From the NCBI GenBank assembly GCA_964514965.1, contig CAZETV010000001.1, forward strand, positions 270,001 through 302,000: DNA of 32,000 nucleotides. The letters are read 5' to 3'. The DNA is from Candidatus Hadarchaeota archaeon (GTDB taxonomy: Archaea > Hadarchaeota > Hadarchaeia > Hadarchaeales > Hadarchaeaceae). Below the pieces are notes generated by a model that was not told the origin of the DNA, did no database searches, and worked only from the letters and a program-made list of their open reading frames with translations. The translations under genes were made by a program, and so were the position numbers. Shown piece by piece: positions 11,326-20,243 of the stretch (position 1 is the stretch's first letter; every line of letters starts with the position of its first letter).

Positions 11326-13494
11326 GTGATTCTGATTACTGGTCTTAAAAGATGGCATGAACTCCCCCAGCGAGTTGCCCTGTGTCCTATGGAGTATTTT
11401 ACGAAATATGTCGGCGAGGTAGATGTCAAGAAGATTTTTGCGGACATGGCTAAAGCAAACATAACTGTCGCCATCCCAACCGCCAAGTTTCCCGAAGGTT
11501 ACGTTTCGTACCCCAGTAAGATTGCACCGGCGCATCCGAGTCTTAACGGTCGAGACTTACTCAATGAGATGGTTGAGGAAGCTCACAGAAATGGGATAAA
11601 AATTCTTGTTTACGTTGGCGTTGCTTGCGATAACACCATTTGTGAAAAACATCCGGACTGGGCTTCGCTATATGCTAATGGTGAAGCAGCTTGTTATAGC
11701 GATGGGAAATCTCCATGCTTCGGCAGCAGCCCATACCGACAATACTTACTGGACCTCATTAAAGAAATTGTAACGAATTACGATATAGACGGAATTTGGT
11801 TGGATGAAGTTCATTGGCAGTACGTGTTAAAAGGAGAAATGTTATGTTATTGTGATCACTGTAAGGAGAAGTTTAAATTAAGATATGGATCAGACATTCC
11901 GACTAAACCCGATTGGAGCAATCCTATTTGGAAAAATTTCATAAAATGGCATTACGATACTGTAAACGAATTCCTCGCAGATGTCAATAAAGTAGTCAAG
12001 TCCACACGACCAGAATGTATCGTGACAAATAACCTATATTTCGAGTTTTTTTTGGCGCATGGACATGACTTCAATAATTTGCCAAAATTGGTTGATGTTC
12101 CCCACGCCGAGGCTCTTTGGAAATTCGGTGGCACTTTGTGGCATCCAGGCCGGGTCACAAAACTCCTGAGAGCTATTAGTGAAGGTAAGCCCATTTGGAC
12201 AAATGTGCCAGCTTGGGACTTTTCTCTGTACACATCAGCTTCCGAAATAGATTTGGAAGCCCAAACTTGGCAAATAATCGCGAATGGGGGATCTCCCAAG
12301 TATTGGTTGAGTTTTCACATGTATTTCATGGATCCGAGAGTGGTGGAGACAATCGGTAAAGTTTACTCTAAGGTTAAGCGCGTGGAAGAATATTTGGTAG
12401 ATACCGAGCCAGCAAAGTACGCCGCCCTGCTGTGTTCACAAAATTCGAGAGATTGGTACGGTAAGAATGACCCGGAGAAACATATTGATTGCTTTTTAGG
12501 GTTTTATGAGGCTCTGAGAGAAGAGCACATACCATTCGGGATATTGCTGGATCACCATATCGATCCCGAAGTGCTTTCAGGTTATAAGGTCCTCATACTT
12601 CCGAATGCAGCCGCGCTAAGCGATTCACAAATTGACGCGATAAAGGACTTCGTAAAGAAAGGTGGAGGTTTGGTTGCGACATACGAAACATCATTGTATG
12701 ATGAAAATGGTGATCGTCGGGAAGATTTCGGGCTTTCGAAAGTTTTGAGCTTGCATTATAAAGGCCAAAGTCAATTTGACTGGCATTATATGAAAATCTT
12801 AAAGAAACATCCGATAACTATTGGAATTGACCAGAGGACACGGATGTTATCTTACGGACATCAGCCCAGAGTGGAAGCAGAGAAGGGCTCTGACGTGATA
12901 CTGAATATGATTGACCCAATGGTGAAGGACTATTGTGCTTCTTTTATATTTCCAAATCCTCCTCCAGGAGAAGAAACGGATGAGCCAGCGCTGATAACCT
13001 CGTCTTACGGAAAAGGTAGAGTGGTTTACTCCCCCAGAATCGACTTCACCTATTATCACCGAGGATGTCCATGGTTCAGACAGCTAATGTGCAACTCCGT
13101 CAAGTGGGCTGCAAACGAAGGACTCCCGCTGGAGACCAATGCACCATCTACAGCTGAAGTCACATTTTGGCATCAACCCAGCAAAAATAGGTCAATAATA
13201 CATGTCGCCAATGTTAGCTGCAACCAGACCAACATTACCATGAGGGAAGGAATAAGACCGGCTGGACGTCTTCCTTTTTTCACGGAAAGCAGGGGGACAA
13301 TAAGCGCCATAAAAGAAATAATCCCCATACACGATGCTAAGATTAAAGTTCAGATATTTAAAGGAAAAAAAATTGAAAACATTTTTCTAGTCTTCACCAA
13401 CAAAAAATTAGACTACAAAGTTTCAGACAATTATGTTGAATTTATGGTCCCAAAAGTGCATGCGTATGATGCGGCAGTGATTTCATACAAATAA
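11326..13494 (+). CDS. GH42-like / GHL6-type glycoside hydrolase with a beta-galactosidase trimerisation (GATase1-like) domain
   Basis: Has a TIM-barrel-like N-terminal half with IDGIWLDEVHW, a Cys cluster (SPCFGSSPYRQY and LCYCDHCKEKF) matching the GH42 Zn site pattern C...CxCxxC, and YKVLILPNAAALSDSQIDAIKDFVKKGGGLVATYE like the GH42 middle domain. The start is uncertain: GTG 11326 abuts GGAGG, and ATG 11389 is an alternative. Confidence 0.55.
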   Translation: MILITGLKRWHELPQRVALCPMEYFTKYVGEVDVKKIFADMAKANITVAIPTAKFPEGYVSYPSKIAPAHPSLNGRDLLNEMVEEAHRNGIKILVYVGVACDNTICEKHPDWASLYANGEAACYSDGKSPCFGSSPYRQYLLDLIKEIVTNYDIDGIWLDEVHWQYVLKGEMLCYCDHCKEKFKLRYGSDIPTKPDWSNPIWKNFIKWHYDTVNEFLADVNKVVKSTRPECIVTNNLYFEFFLAHGHDFNNLPKLVDVPHAEALWKFGGTLWHPGRVTKLLRAISEGKPIWTNVPAWDFSLYTSASEIDLEAQTWQIIANGGSPKYWLSFHMYFMDPRVVETIGKVYSKVKRVEEYLVDTEPAKYAALLCSQNSRDWYGKNDPEKHIDCFLGFYEALREEHIPFGILLDHHIDPEVLSGYKVLILPNAAALSDSQIDAIKDFVKKGGGLVATYETSLYDENGDRREDFGLSKVLSLHYKGQSQFDWHYMKILKKHPITIGIDQRTRMLSYGHQPRVEAEKGSDVILNMIDPMVKDYCASFIFPNPPPGEETDEPALITSSYGKGRVVYSPRIDFTYYHRGCPWFRQLMCNSVKWAANEGLPLETNAPSTAEVTFWHQPSKNRSIIHVANVSCNQTNITMREGIRPAGRLPFFTESRGTISAIKEIIPIHDAKIKVQIFKGKKIENIFLVFTNKKLDYKVSDNYVEFMVPKVHAYDAAVISYK

Positions 13495-13495
13495 T

Positions 13496-14611
13496 TTAGC
13501 GCTTACTCTTTTGCACATAATCCAAAATGACTTGCGTAGCTCTAGCAGCACCCTTTCCATCAACAAGCTTCTTACCGGCCTTGGACATCGCTTCTCTTTT
13601 TTTCGTGTCAGCGAGTATTTCAGTAATCTTTTCGGCAAGCGTTTTTGGCTCGAGAGATTCTAAAGAGTAATGCACGCCCGCTCCCGCGTTCTCTATCCAC
13701 GAAGAAGTTTGTGATGGATCCCCTTGAAAAGAAGAGTTAATCATTATTTGCGGTGTGCCAATAGCTGCTGCTTCTGAGGCAGTCAAAAATCCTCCGTGGT
13801 TTATGATGAGATCACTATCCAAAGTATACTCAGGGAGATTTGGTAACCATCTCGTAATCATAATATTTTCATCACCCAATGTGCTGGGGAATATTTCATT
13901 GGGATCATTTAAAATTATATATGCGTCTGGATTTTCTTTTTTTATCATGCCAAATATATTTACAACGATTTTGAGTATTCCTTGCAGTACCGCGCTCCCC
14001 CCGATAGTCACTAGAATAACAAGCTTATCCTCAGGTATGTTAAGCTTCTTTCGAACATCATTTTTGTTCTGGTTTTTAATGTGATTGATCTCTGGCGAAA
14101 TAACTGGTCCGACAAAGCGTATCTTATTTTTGGGCATAATATCCGGTATAAAGCTTGAAGATAGTTTATCCTGCAGATACATAAACAGGATTAAGTCGTT
14201 AAGAAGATAAGTCGGATCCAGCAGCCAAGACTCCAACATATTGGTTATCACAAAGTGAGGGATACCCAAACTTTTTGCTCCAAAAAGAGATAAATACGAA
14301 AAATTCTCCCCCAATACAACATCAGGTTTATACAATTCAGAAATGGCGGCGACTCTATAGTTTCTAGTTAGGACATGTTCATAAGTCTGTTCAAAAAAGG
14401 GGAGTGGTTGATGTTTTAGCGCAGGAAAGCCTTCTCTTGTAACTGCGTCGAATTCTTTCCCCGCCGCTAAAAACAAAACCTGCCCACCTCTATTTACAAT
14501 CTCTTTAGCTAGTGCCAGCCCAGTTAGAACGTGACCCATCACCCACCCTTCATGGAAAAATTGCATATTTGGTAGCGCGATAAGCACCTTGCTCCCACTT
14601 TGTTCAGACAT
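13496..14611 (-). CDS. GT-B fold glycosyltransferase (GT1/GT28, MGT/UDP-glycosyltransferase-like)
   Basis: 371 aa. The C-terminal nucleotide-sugar binding motif NHGGFLTASEAAAIGTPQIMI and the overall MurG/MGT-like layout support the call. GGAGGT lies 7 nt upstream of the ATG. Low G+C. Confidence 0.7.
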   Translation of the reverse strand: MSEQSGSKVLIALPNMQFFHEGWVMGHVLTGLALAKEIVNRGGQVLFLAAGKEFDAVTREGFPALKHQPLPFFEQTYEHVLTRNYRVAAISELYKPDVVLGENFSYLSLFGAKSLGIPHFVITNMLESWLLDPTYLLNDLILFMYLQDKLSSSFIPDIMPKNKIRFVGPVISPEINHIKNQNKNDVRKKLNIPEDKLVILVTIGGSAVLQGILKIVVNIFGMIKKENPDAYIILNDPNEIFPSTLGDENIMITRWLPNLPEYTLDSDLIINHGGFLTASEAAAIGTPQIMINSSFQGDPSQTSSWIENAGAGVHYSLESLEPKTLAEKITEILADTKKREAMSKAGKKLVDGKGAARATQVILDYVQKSKR

Positions 14612-14884
14612 TCTTCATACCTCCTTGGCAAGTCGTTGGAAATACATAGAGTCTATTAAGGAGGATTGGGAAAAAAAAGTAAACCTACGGAAAAGCCAAA
14701 CCGGGAAAACGGCAGATGATGAAAAAGAAGGCGCGACGGAACCTTCCCAAAAGGAAGAAAACTAAGGACGCCCGCCCGATGAACAGATCATGAGCTGCAA
14801 GGGTCTTACTGTCGAACCGTCCGGGGCCATATTTCCGTATGTTCTCCAATCCTACTTTTAACACTAATTTGGTGTATTGTTTTA

Positions 14885-15052
14885 TTAGTCTTTCTTTTTT
14901 CTATCTTTCTCGTGTTTTGATTTTTCCAGTTCTTTTGTTATAAGTTCCTCAATGAAGTCGGTGAGAGTTAATCCTTTATCTATCGCTAATTTTTTAGCCT
15001 CTTTCCATATCTCTGGGTCGGCCTTGATACTCGTGGTTCGCCTTTCTGCCAT
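14885..15052 (-). CDS. Small ribbon-helix-helix (CopG/Arc/MetJ-like) DNA-binding protein (55 aa; not in the ORF track)
   Basis: My own translation is MAERRTTSIKADPEIWKEAKKLAIDKGLTLTDFIEELITKELEKSKHEKDRKKKD. It shows a beta-strand (TTSIKAD) followed by two helices, typical of RHH. GAGGTG lies 7 nt upstream of the ATG. The gene is divergent from the transposase gene. Confidence 0.65.
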   Translation of the reverse strand: MAERRTTSIKADPEIWKEAKKLAIDKGLTLTDFIEELITKELEKSKHEKDRKKKD

Positions 15053-15074
15053 ATCTACCCACCTCTATTTAGTA

Positions 15075-15170
15075 GTAATACTATTTAAAGGTAATACTAA
15101 TTTTATAGTATTACTTTCGGTGACCCCTCCCCTAAAACCATATGAGTAATATTAGTATTACGTAATACTT
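15075..15170. repeat. Array of six copies of the 9-mer GTAATACTA (direct and inverted)
   Basis: Direct copies at 15075-15083 and 15091-15099; inverted at 15106-15114, making a perfect 9-bp IR with a 6-nt spacer. Then GTAATATTA at 15146-15154, inverted at 15153-15161, and direct GTAATACTT at 15162-15170. Direct copies are 16 bp apart in both clusters. Confidence 0.85.
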
Positions 15171-15181
15171 GAGGAAGCAAG

Positions 15182-16135
15182 ATGATAACATTAAAACAAG
15201 AAACCGCAATAATAGGCGGGGAGTTGAAATCCTGCGAACCAATTATTTGCAACCGTTGCGGCTCTGAGAATCTCATTAGACGGGGTTATCGAAGAAACAA
15301 GAACCACAAAGTCCAGCGTTTCGGGTGCAAGGATTGCGGTCACAGGTTTGTCGTTGAGCTTGACGGGTTCAGGAAGATGGTCTACAGGCCGGAGACCGTC
15401 ACCCTCGTTTTAGACCTCTATTTCAAGGGGCTTTCTCTGCAAAAGATAGTGGATCACTTGAAGCAATTCCACCACTTAGAGGTTCACAACACGATCGTTC
15501 TGAAATGGATTCAAAAATATGTCAAAGTCATGGGGGATTATGTCAGTCAGCTAAAGCCCGAAGTCTCGAACGTTTGGCATTCTGATGAAATGGTGGTAAA
15601 CGTAAATGGAAAATATCGCTGGCTGTGAAACCTTCTCGACAAGGACACGCGGTTCTTGTTAGCCACGCAACTGACCGAGCAGAGATACACAGATGACGCA
15701 AAGACCCTTTTTCACGAAGCCAAAGTCACGGCTGACAAAAGCCCTAAGGCAATAGTCACCGATGGTCTGCCAGCGTATCGACACGCATATTTGTCGGAAT
15801 TCTGGACGGAAGACCTGAGAACACGCTTTTTGCGCATGGTGACGCTGGGAGACAAGACCAACCAAAACATCATCGAGAGATACAACGGCACGAACCGAGA
15901 GAGAAACAAGACGATGAGGGCATTGGATACGGACAAATCGGCTCAGACTTACGTTGACGGTTTCCAAGTCTATTACAACTTCATCAAACCGCACATGGGG
16001 CTTGACGGCAAAACGCCAGCCGAAGCCGCAGGTCTTGATTTGGGATTGATTGAAAACCGCTGGCTGTATTTGTTGGACAAGAGTCTCAAGTCCCGAAATT
16101 CAGCAACGGGCAATTTGGATGTGAAAAGTCCCTGA
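15182..16135 (+). mobile_element. IS6-family-like DDE transposase gene with an N-terminal Zn finger, interrupted by an in-frame TGA (15626-15628)
   Basis: Zn finger CNRCGS...CKDCGHRF. DDE region WHSDEMVVNVNGKYRWL[TGA]NLLDKDTRF, then IVTDGLPAYRHA, then NIIERYNGTNRERNKTMRAL, which parallels the IS26/IS240-type transposase. Both track ORFs (15182-15628 and 15656-16135) are in the same frame. Confidence 0.75.
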
Positions 16136-16149
16136 GGTTCAGCAGAACC
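16136..16149. repeat. Perfect palindrome GGTTC-AGCA-GAACC between convergent stops (possible IS right end and/or terminator hairpin)
   Basis: Seen directly. Read inward from 16149 it is GGTTCTGCTGAACC, which resembles the IS6-family terminal repeat consensus GGTTCTGTTGCAAA as I recall it (10/14). Confidence 0.4.
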
Positions 16150-16160
16150 CGAAAATCAAC

Positions 16161-18362
16161 TCACCCATATAAATTACGGATCTCCAGCACGCAGACCTCT
16201 TGTGATTCCAACTCCCGCTCAATCTGGAGGCCGTTTTCGTAGCTCCAGTTCACCTCCGCTTGCTTGGAGATATCAAAAATCCTGTATTTTCCATTGGGGA
16301 CTCGAAGACGGAAACTGATGTTGGCTTTTTTGTCACCGTGGTTAAAGCCGAACAGAAGCCTGTATCCTTCGCCCTCCAAAATCCGCCCTTCCGCCTTGCC
16401 CCCGTGTATTTCCACCAGAGGTTCAACACCGGCCCATTTAAAGAGGCCTTTCAAGAACTTTTCGTTTTCCTCATCACGAAGTTTTTCGTATGCCTCGCTG
16501 ACCAAAGATCCCACTAATACCGCCTTGCCTTTGCCGTAGCTGTTAATTATCATCGCTGGAGAACCGTCCTCAAAGCGTGCCAAAATTTTTGCAGTATCCT
16601 TCGACGGTTCCAAGGCCTCTTCGTAAAGCGACCCTGAAATTTTCATTTTTCCTGCTAGAGATGGCGCAAACTCTTGCGGTGATTCCACCAGTAGATTCGG
16701 CTTCTGCCTCTCGCGTATCCATCGCTCCTTGCAACCGAAAACCTCATGCAGGCCGAGACCAGGGATCACATCTGAACATCGCCCCTTCTCATCGCTCCAC
16801 CCAGGCCTAATTTCCGCCACCAGCTTTCCCCCCTGACGGACAAACTCTTTTATGCCTTCGGCGATTTCGGATGTCATCATGATAGCGAAAGGCATGACGA
16901 TGAGTTTGTAATTTTTCACTTTCCCCTTGGCGAAATCATTGATGTGGATGAAATCTACCGGGATGTTCTCCTCCAATAGGGCACGATAGATGCCCGTTAA
17001 AGCTGAGGATATAATATTTACAATCTCATTAGCTCGCTCCCTAGAACAAGCCAGCATGATGTAGGAATAGATGTCGTACACTATACCTACTTCCGCTTGC
17101 GGAGTCTTGGCGTTTGAAAATAACTCCATATTTTTATCGACTATTTCCGCGACCTTTCCAGCCGCCCGGGCCTGCTCAGTTATGCTCCCGCCCAAGTTTA
17201 TCAATCCGAACCCGGAGGTCTCATACCCGCAGCTCATCGGGTACCAAGCGTAGAAGTTCAACCCTTTCGCATTTCGGGATATCGCGCTCCAAGCCCACAT
17301 CTGCACGTCCTCGGGGGTGACCGGCTCTCCAAAGTGAATCCCCGTCGTGCCGTCTCCGCCCTGAAGTTCTCCAATCCAGAAATCTTTACCTTGACTGTTA
17401 GAAGAAGATCGGGTCGCATCGAGAGCCACCCCGCGCTGTGCAGGATCGAGCGGCATGCCCGCGCCGATGTGTTTCGGGTACATCGATGTCCCCCAAACAT
17501 CGACCTTTTTGGCCATCTCCCAATCATCAGGGTTACCATACCAATTTAGGGGCGGGATGAAAACCGAACTGAGGGCGGCGTGACTGGAAACCACATGGTC
17601 GGGATCGCTCTTCTTGATCGTCTGAACTCGCCACTCGAGATCCTCTGCCAGCTTTTCTATGTTGAAGATCTGCCAGTCTACGAGATCCCGCCAGGTCGAC
17701 AACGTCACGTACTTCGGCGGGATTACTTCGTCCCAGTCCCGATATGCGCGATACCAGGCCCTGTTCAGGTTGCCTATATCGCCGTAAAGCTTTTCCAGCC
17801 AACGGCGAAATCGCTCCTGACTGTGACTACAATAGCAGAACCAACCGACCGATTCAGGGAGCCAATCTAGCCAAGTCCAACTAATCACATGCGGTTCGCT
17901 CCAGACATCCCAACCCAAAAAGGCTGGGCTGCCCTTTACTCGCTCGGCCACTTTTTGCATGAAAAGCTCCGCTTCTTTCCTGACATCCGGGTGGTCGCAA
18001 CAAAATCCCGGTGAAGCCTGCGAGTCAACAATGTCATCGCTTTGTGCTTGAAAGCGTGAATCGGGATGTAAAGAGGCGATCCAGTTGGGCGCCGAGTCTA
18101 GATAAAGCTGAATGATCACCTTTAATCCATTTTTTTCCGCCAAATCCATGAGACGGTCTATGAAGTCCAAATTCCAAACCCCGGGTTCTGGCTCTACTGT
18201 TAGCCAGTCGACCCAATACCTCACGGCGTTGAAACCGAGTTTTTTTACGTTCCCGATGTCCATCTCGGCGATTTTGTAGCTTTCTTCGGTAGGTTGGGCA
18301 AGCATGGGCGCACGCGCCTTAGCTTCGCCGTACCACACGGAAATCGGAAAGAAACCTGCCAT
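16161..18362 (-). CDS. Glycoside hydrolase family 42 beta-galactosidase
   Basis: 733 aa. Has NAVRYWVDWLTVEPEPGVWNLDF and KNGLKVIIQLY...PNW, with acid/base region GWDVWSEPH and nucleophile region FWIGELQGG. Also a partial Zn-site FCYCSHS and the trimerisation-domain motif YKLIVMPFAIMMTSEIAEGIKEFVRQGGKLVAE. Confidence 0.85.
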   Translation of the reverse strand: MAGFFPISVWYGEAKARAPMLAQPTEESYKIAEMDIGNVKKLGFNAVRYWVDWLTVEPEPGVWNLDFIDRLMDLAEKNGLKVIIQLYLDSAPNWIASLHPDSRFQAQSDDIVDSQASPGFCCDHPDVRKEAELFMQKVAERVKGSPAFLGWDVWSEPHVISWTWLDWLPESVGWFCYCSHSQERFRRWLEKLYGDIGNLNRAWYRAYRDWDEVIPPKYVTLSTWRDLVDWQIFNIEKLAEDLEWRVQTIKKSDPDHVVSSHAALSSVFIPPLNWYGNPDDWEMAKKVDVWGTSMYPKHIGAGMPLDPAQRGVALDATRSSSNSQGKDFWIGELQGGDGTTGIHFGEPVTPEDVQMWAWSAISRNAKGLNFYAWYPMSCGYETSGFGLINLGGSITEQARAAGKVAEIVDKNMELFSNAKTPQAEVGIVYDIYSYIMLACSRERANEIVNIISSALTGIYRALLEENIPVDFIHINDFAKGKVKNYKLIVMPFAIMMTSEIAEGIKEFVRQGGKLVAEIRPGWSDEKGRCSDVIPGLGLHEVFGCKERWIRERQKPNLLVESPQEFAPSLAGKMKISGSLYEEALEPSKDTAKILARFEDGSPAMIINSYGKGKAVLVGSLVSEAYEKLRDEENEKFLKGLFKWAGVEPLVEIHGGKAEGRILEGEGYRLLFGFNHGDKKANISFRLRVPNGKYRIFDISKQAEVNWSYENGLQIERELESQEVCVLEIRNLYG

Positions 18363-18573
18363 TTCTATTCTCCCCTTTCCTTCATCATTTTTTTACCTAT
18401 TATGACTACTTTCCCCGTCCCCTCAATCGTATTTATCCCAGTCAACTTCTATCCTCACATTTTCACCTATCTCGTCTGAAACTCAATCAGTCTTTTTTTT
18501 TACTATTAACCGTGTATTCATGTTTATTTAAATATTGCGAATCTAGATTCGGTCATAAAAGTTCAATTTACGG

Positions 18574-19902
18574 TTAAAATTCGATAAAATCGATATTTAG
18601 CAGTTCACTTATTATTCCCAATTTTTTGGCGTGACTGCCATAAGCTAGTACACGATGTTCGCCATAGAAATTATTAACGAATTTTTGAGGAGTTTCAGTT
18701 TTAACTCCTATTTTTGTTCTGCATCCTCTCTCTGATTCTATATTATCTTCGATCCTTGATTCGAATGCAATCATTTTGTAACCGCAAAACTTTTTGGATG
18801 CGATCACTTCCTGATACGCTTCGCTCCCCGATATATCCGCGTGCGCCATGCTCATCAATTCTGCAATAGTTACTGTCTGTCCCACTTTCATTTTGACCTG
18901 TAAACCGACTTTATCTCCAGATTCTGCATGGCTTCTTAAAATATAGTCCTCATGTGTCGCTGGAAATCCATTCATCTTAGTGGGTGAGGTACAATGGCTA
19001 AATATCATTTCTTTTTTATCAGTATCTATCACGGGGTCTGACATATACGATGGTCTATCAGCAAGATAGCGAAAAATAAGCATTGCTAGCATCGTGTCAA
19101 GGTCTGCTTCGCAAGCGGCCACAATCCCTTGATCATTCAGCAGGGAGTTGGCTATGCATGGTGTAGCTGGAATTGCATCTGACGGAACTACACCACCGGG
19201 TAAGCAATCTATGGTGAGAGCATTGGCTTTCTCTTCTTTTAGGATATATTTCACTGCCAGATATAATTTCACAGCATTAACGATATCTGCTTTCGAGGGT
19301 TCAATTATCTTCTTCGCATTTTTCATCACTTCATTCGTTAATTTCTCGGCTTCATCTATCTTCACAGAATTGTAGGCATTTTCAAGTCTCTTATGTCCTA
19401 TCTGTTTGATTTCGACACTGAATATCCTTTTAACCCTGTCCACATAGGAAGGGGGAATCCACCTATCTTTAAACACTAATATTTTGGTTCTCTTCAGTTT
19501 TGCTATTGCATCAATTATTTCTATTTTTTCGTTTAGATCATCCATGTTGCTTGATGCCACGACTATAACATTCTTTTTTTCTCTTTTGAAGCGCCCCGAC
19601 CCATCCCAGTAAGTACTAAACGGTTTTGTGTAGAGAATAATTGGTACTCCAAAATCTGCAATTTTAAAGAGTAAATCTGGTGCGGCCGACCCCAATTCCG
19701 TAGTTAAATAGGAGACTAGGAGCCCATCAGCACCACGTATTTTACCCGACAATTCAACAAGTTCCTCATCAGTGGACACCAGATCAAAGCCAGTAAATTT
19801 TATTTCGGTGCTCAATTTTTTTCTTAATTTTTCCAATTGTGATTTAAGAATCTTTATTTCCTTATCAATATCAAAATTGGCGTGAGGCCAACCTTTTTGC
19901 AT
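18574..19902 (-). CDS. Sugar isomerase-like protein (L-fucose/L-arabinose isomerase superfamily, tentative)
   Basis: 442 aa. The segment GIVAACEADLDTMLAMLIF resembles the ACE-x-D catalytic-region pattern of COG2407-type isomerases, and the N-terminal half looks Rossmann-like. There is an in-frame TAA at 19924-19926, so no upstream extension is possible. Confidence 0.4.
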   Translation of the reverse strand: MQKGWPHANFDIDKEIKILKSQLEKLRKKLSTEIKFTGFDLVSTDEELVELSGKIRGADGLLVSYLTTELGSAAPDLLFKIADFGVPIILYTKPFSTYWDGSGRFKREKKNVIVVASSNMDDLNEKIEIIDAIAKLKRTKILVFKDRWIPPSYVDRVKRIFSVEIKQIGHKRLENAYNSVKIDEAEKLTNEVMKNAKKIIEPSKADIVNAVKLYLAVKYILKEEKANALTIDCLPGGVVPSDAIPATPCIANSLLNDQGIVAACEADLDTMLAMLIFRYLADRPSYMSDPVIDTDKKEMIFSHCTSPTKMNGFPATHEDYILRSHAESGDKVGLQVKMKVGQTVTIAELMSMAHADISGSEAYQEVIASKKFCGYKMIAFESRIEDNIESERGCRTKIGVKTETPQKFVNNFYGEHRVLAYGSHAKKLGIISELLNIDFIEF

Positions 19903-20243
19903 CCCACGTTTTCCAACAAATATTACTTGAATGATTAGATTACCTCCCTATTTTACGGGCCCTCAAATCTAGATAGTTTTAGAAATATTAAGAAGTTAAC
20001 ATTTCTCCTAATTGTTTGAAACCGGTTATTTTTACTATTCTTTTATTCGTGGAGTAAATCATAAATATTTTACAATTATAGAGCTATTTTTGATTATTTT
20101 TTACAAAATTTATTACTTTATTTAAATTTTTTTCATGTTTAAATCAAAATAATAGATAATCCGACTCAAAATGATACATTTATAAGGGAAAATGATATTG
20201 GTATCTTGTAAAGTCATCCCAGCTAATTAGATGAGGTGATATT

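Noticed and set aside
14716-14793. A GC-richer patch in the glycosyltransferase/RHH spacer. It contains a 25-codon highly basic ORF (MMKKKARRNLPKRKKTKDARPMNRS) and an ATGATGA that looks like a C box of a C/D sRNA.
   Set aside because: No CTGA D or D' boxes lie at the required ~12-nt guide spacing. No convincing terminal stem exists. The micro-ORF has no good SD and could be chance. It is left unassigned.
14801-14820. GGGTCTTACTGTCGAACC as a possible left terminal repeat of the IS element
   Set aside because: It aligns only with gaps to the right-end GGTTCTGCTGAACC. There are no matching 8-bp target duplications, and it would force the RHH gene and the repeat array inside the IS.
15626-15628. 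TGA inside the transposase as evidence for TGA-to-Trp recoding (genetic code 4-like)
   Set aside because: TGA terminates several well-conserved genes at their expected ends in this window (GH1 at 3410-3412, hisC at 27439-27441, hisA at 29029-29031). The genome therefore uses TGA as a stop.
19903-19950. A strong SD-like AGGGAGGT (minus strand, ~19941-19949) suggesting an upstream non-ATG start for the isomerase-like gene
   Set aside because: Re-reading the junction of lines 19861/19921 shows an in-frame TAA at 19924-19926 between that SD and ATG 19902. No N-terminal extension is possible.
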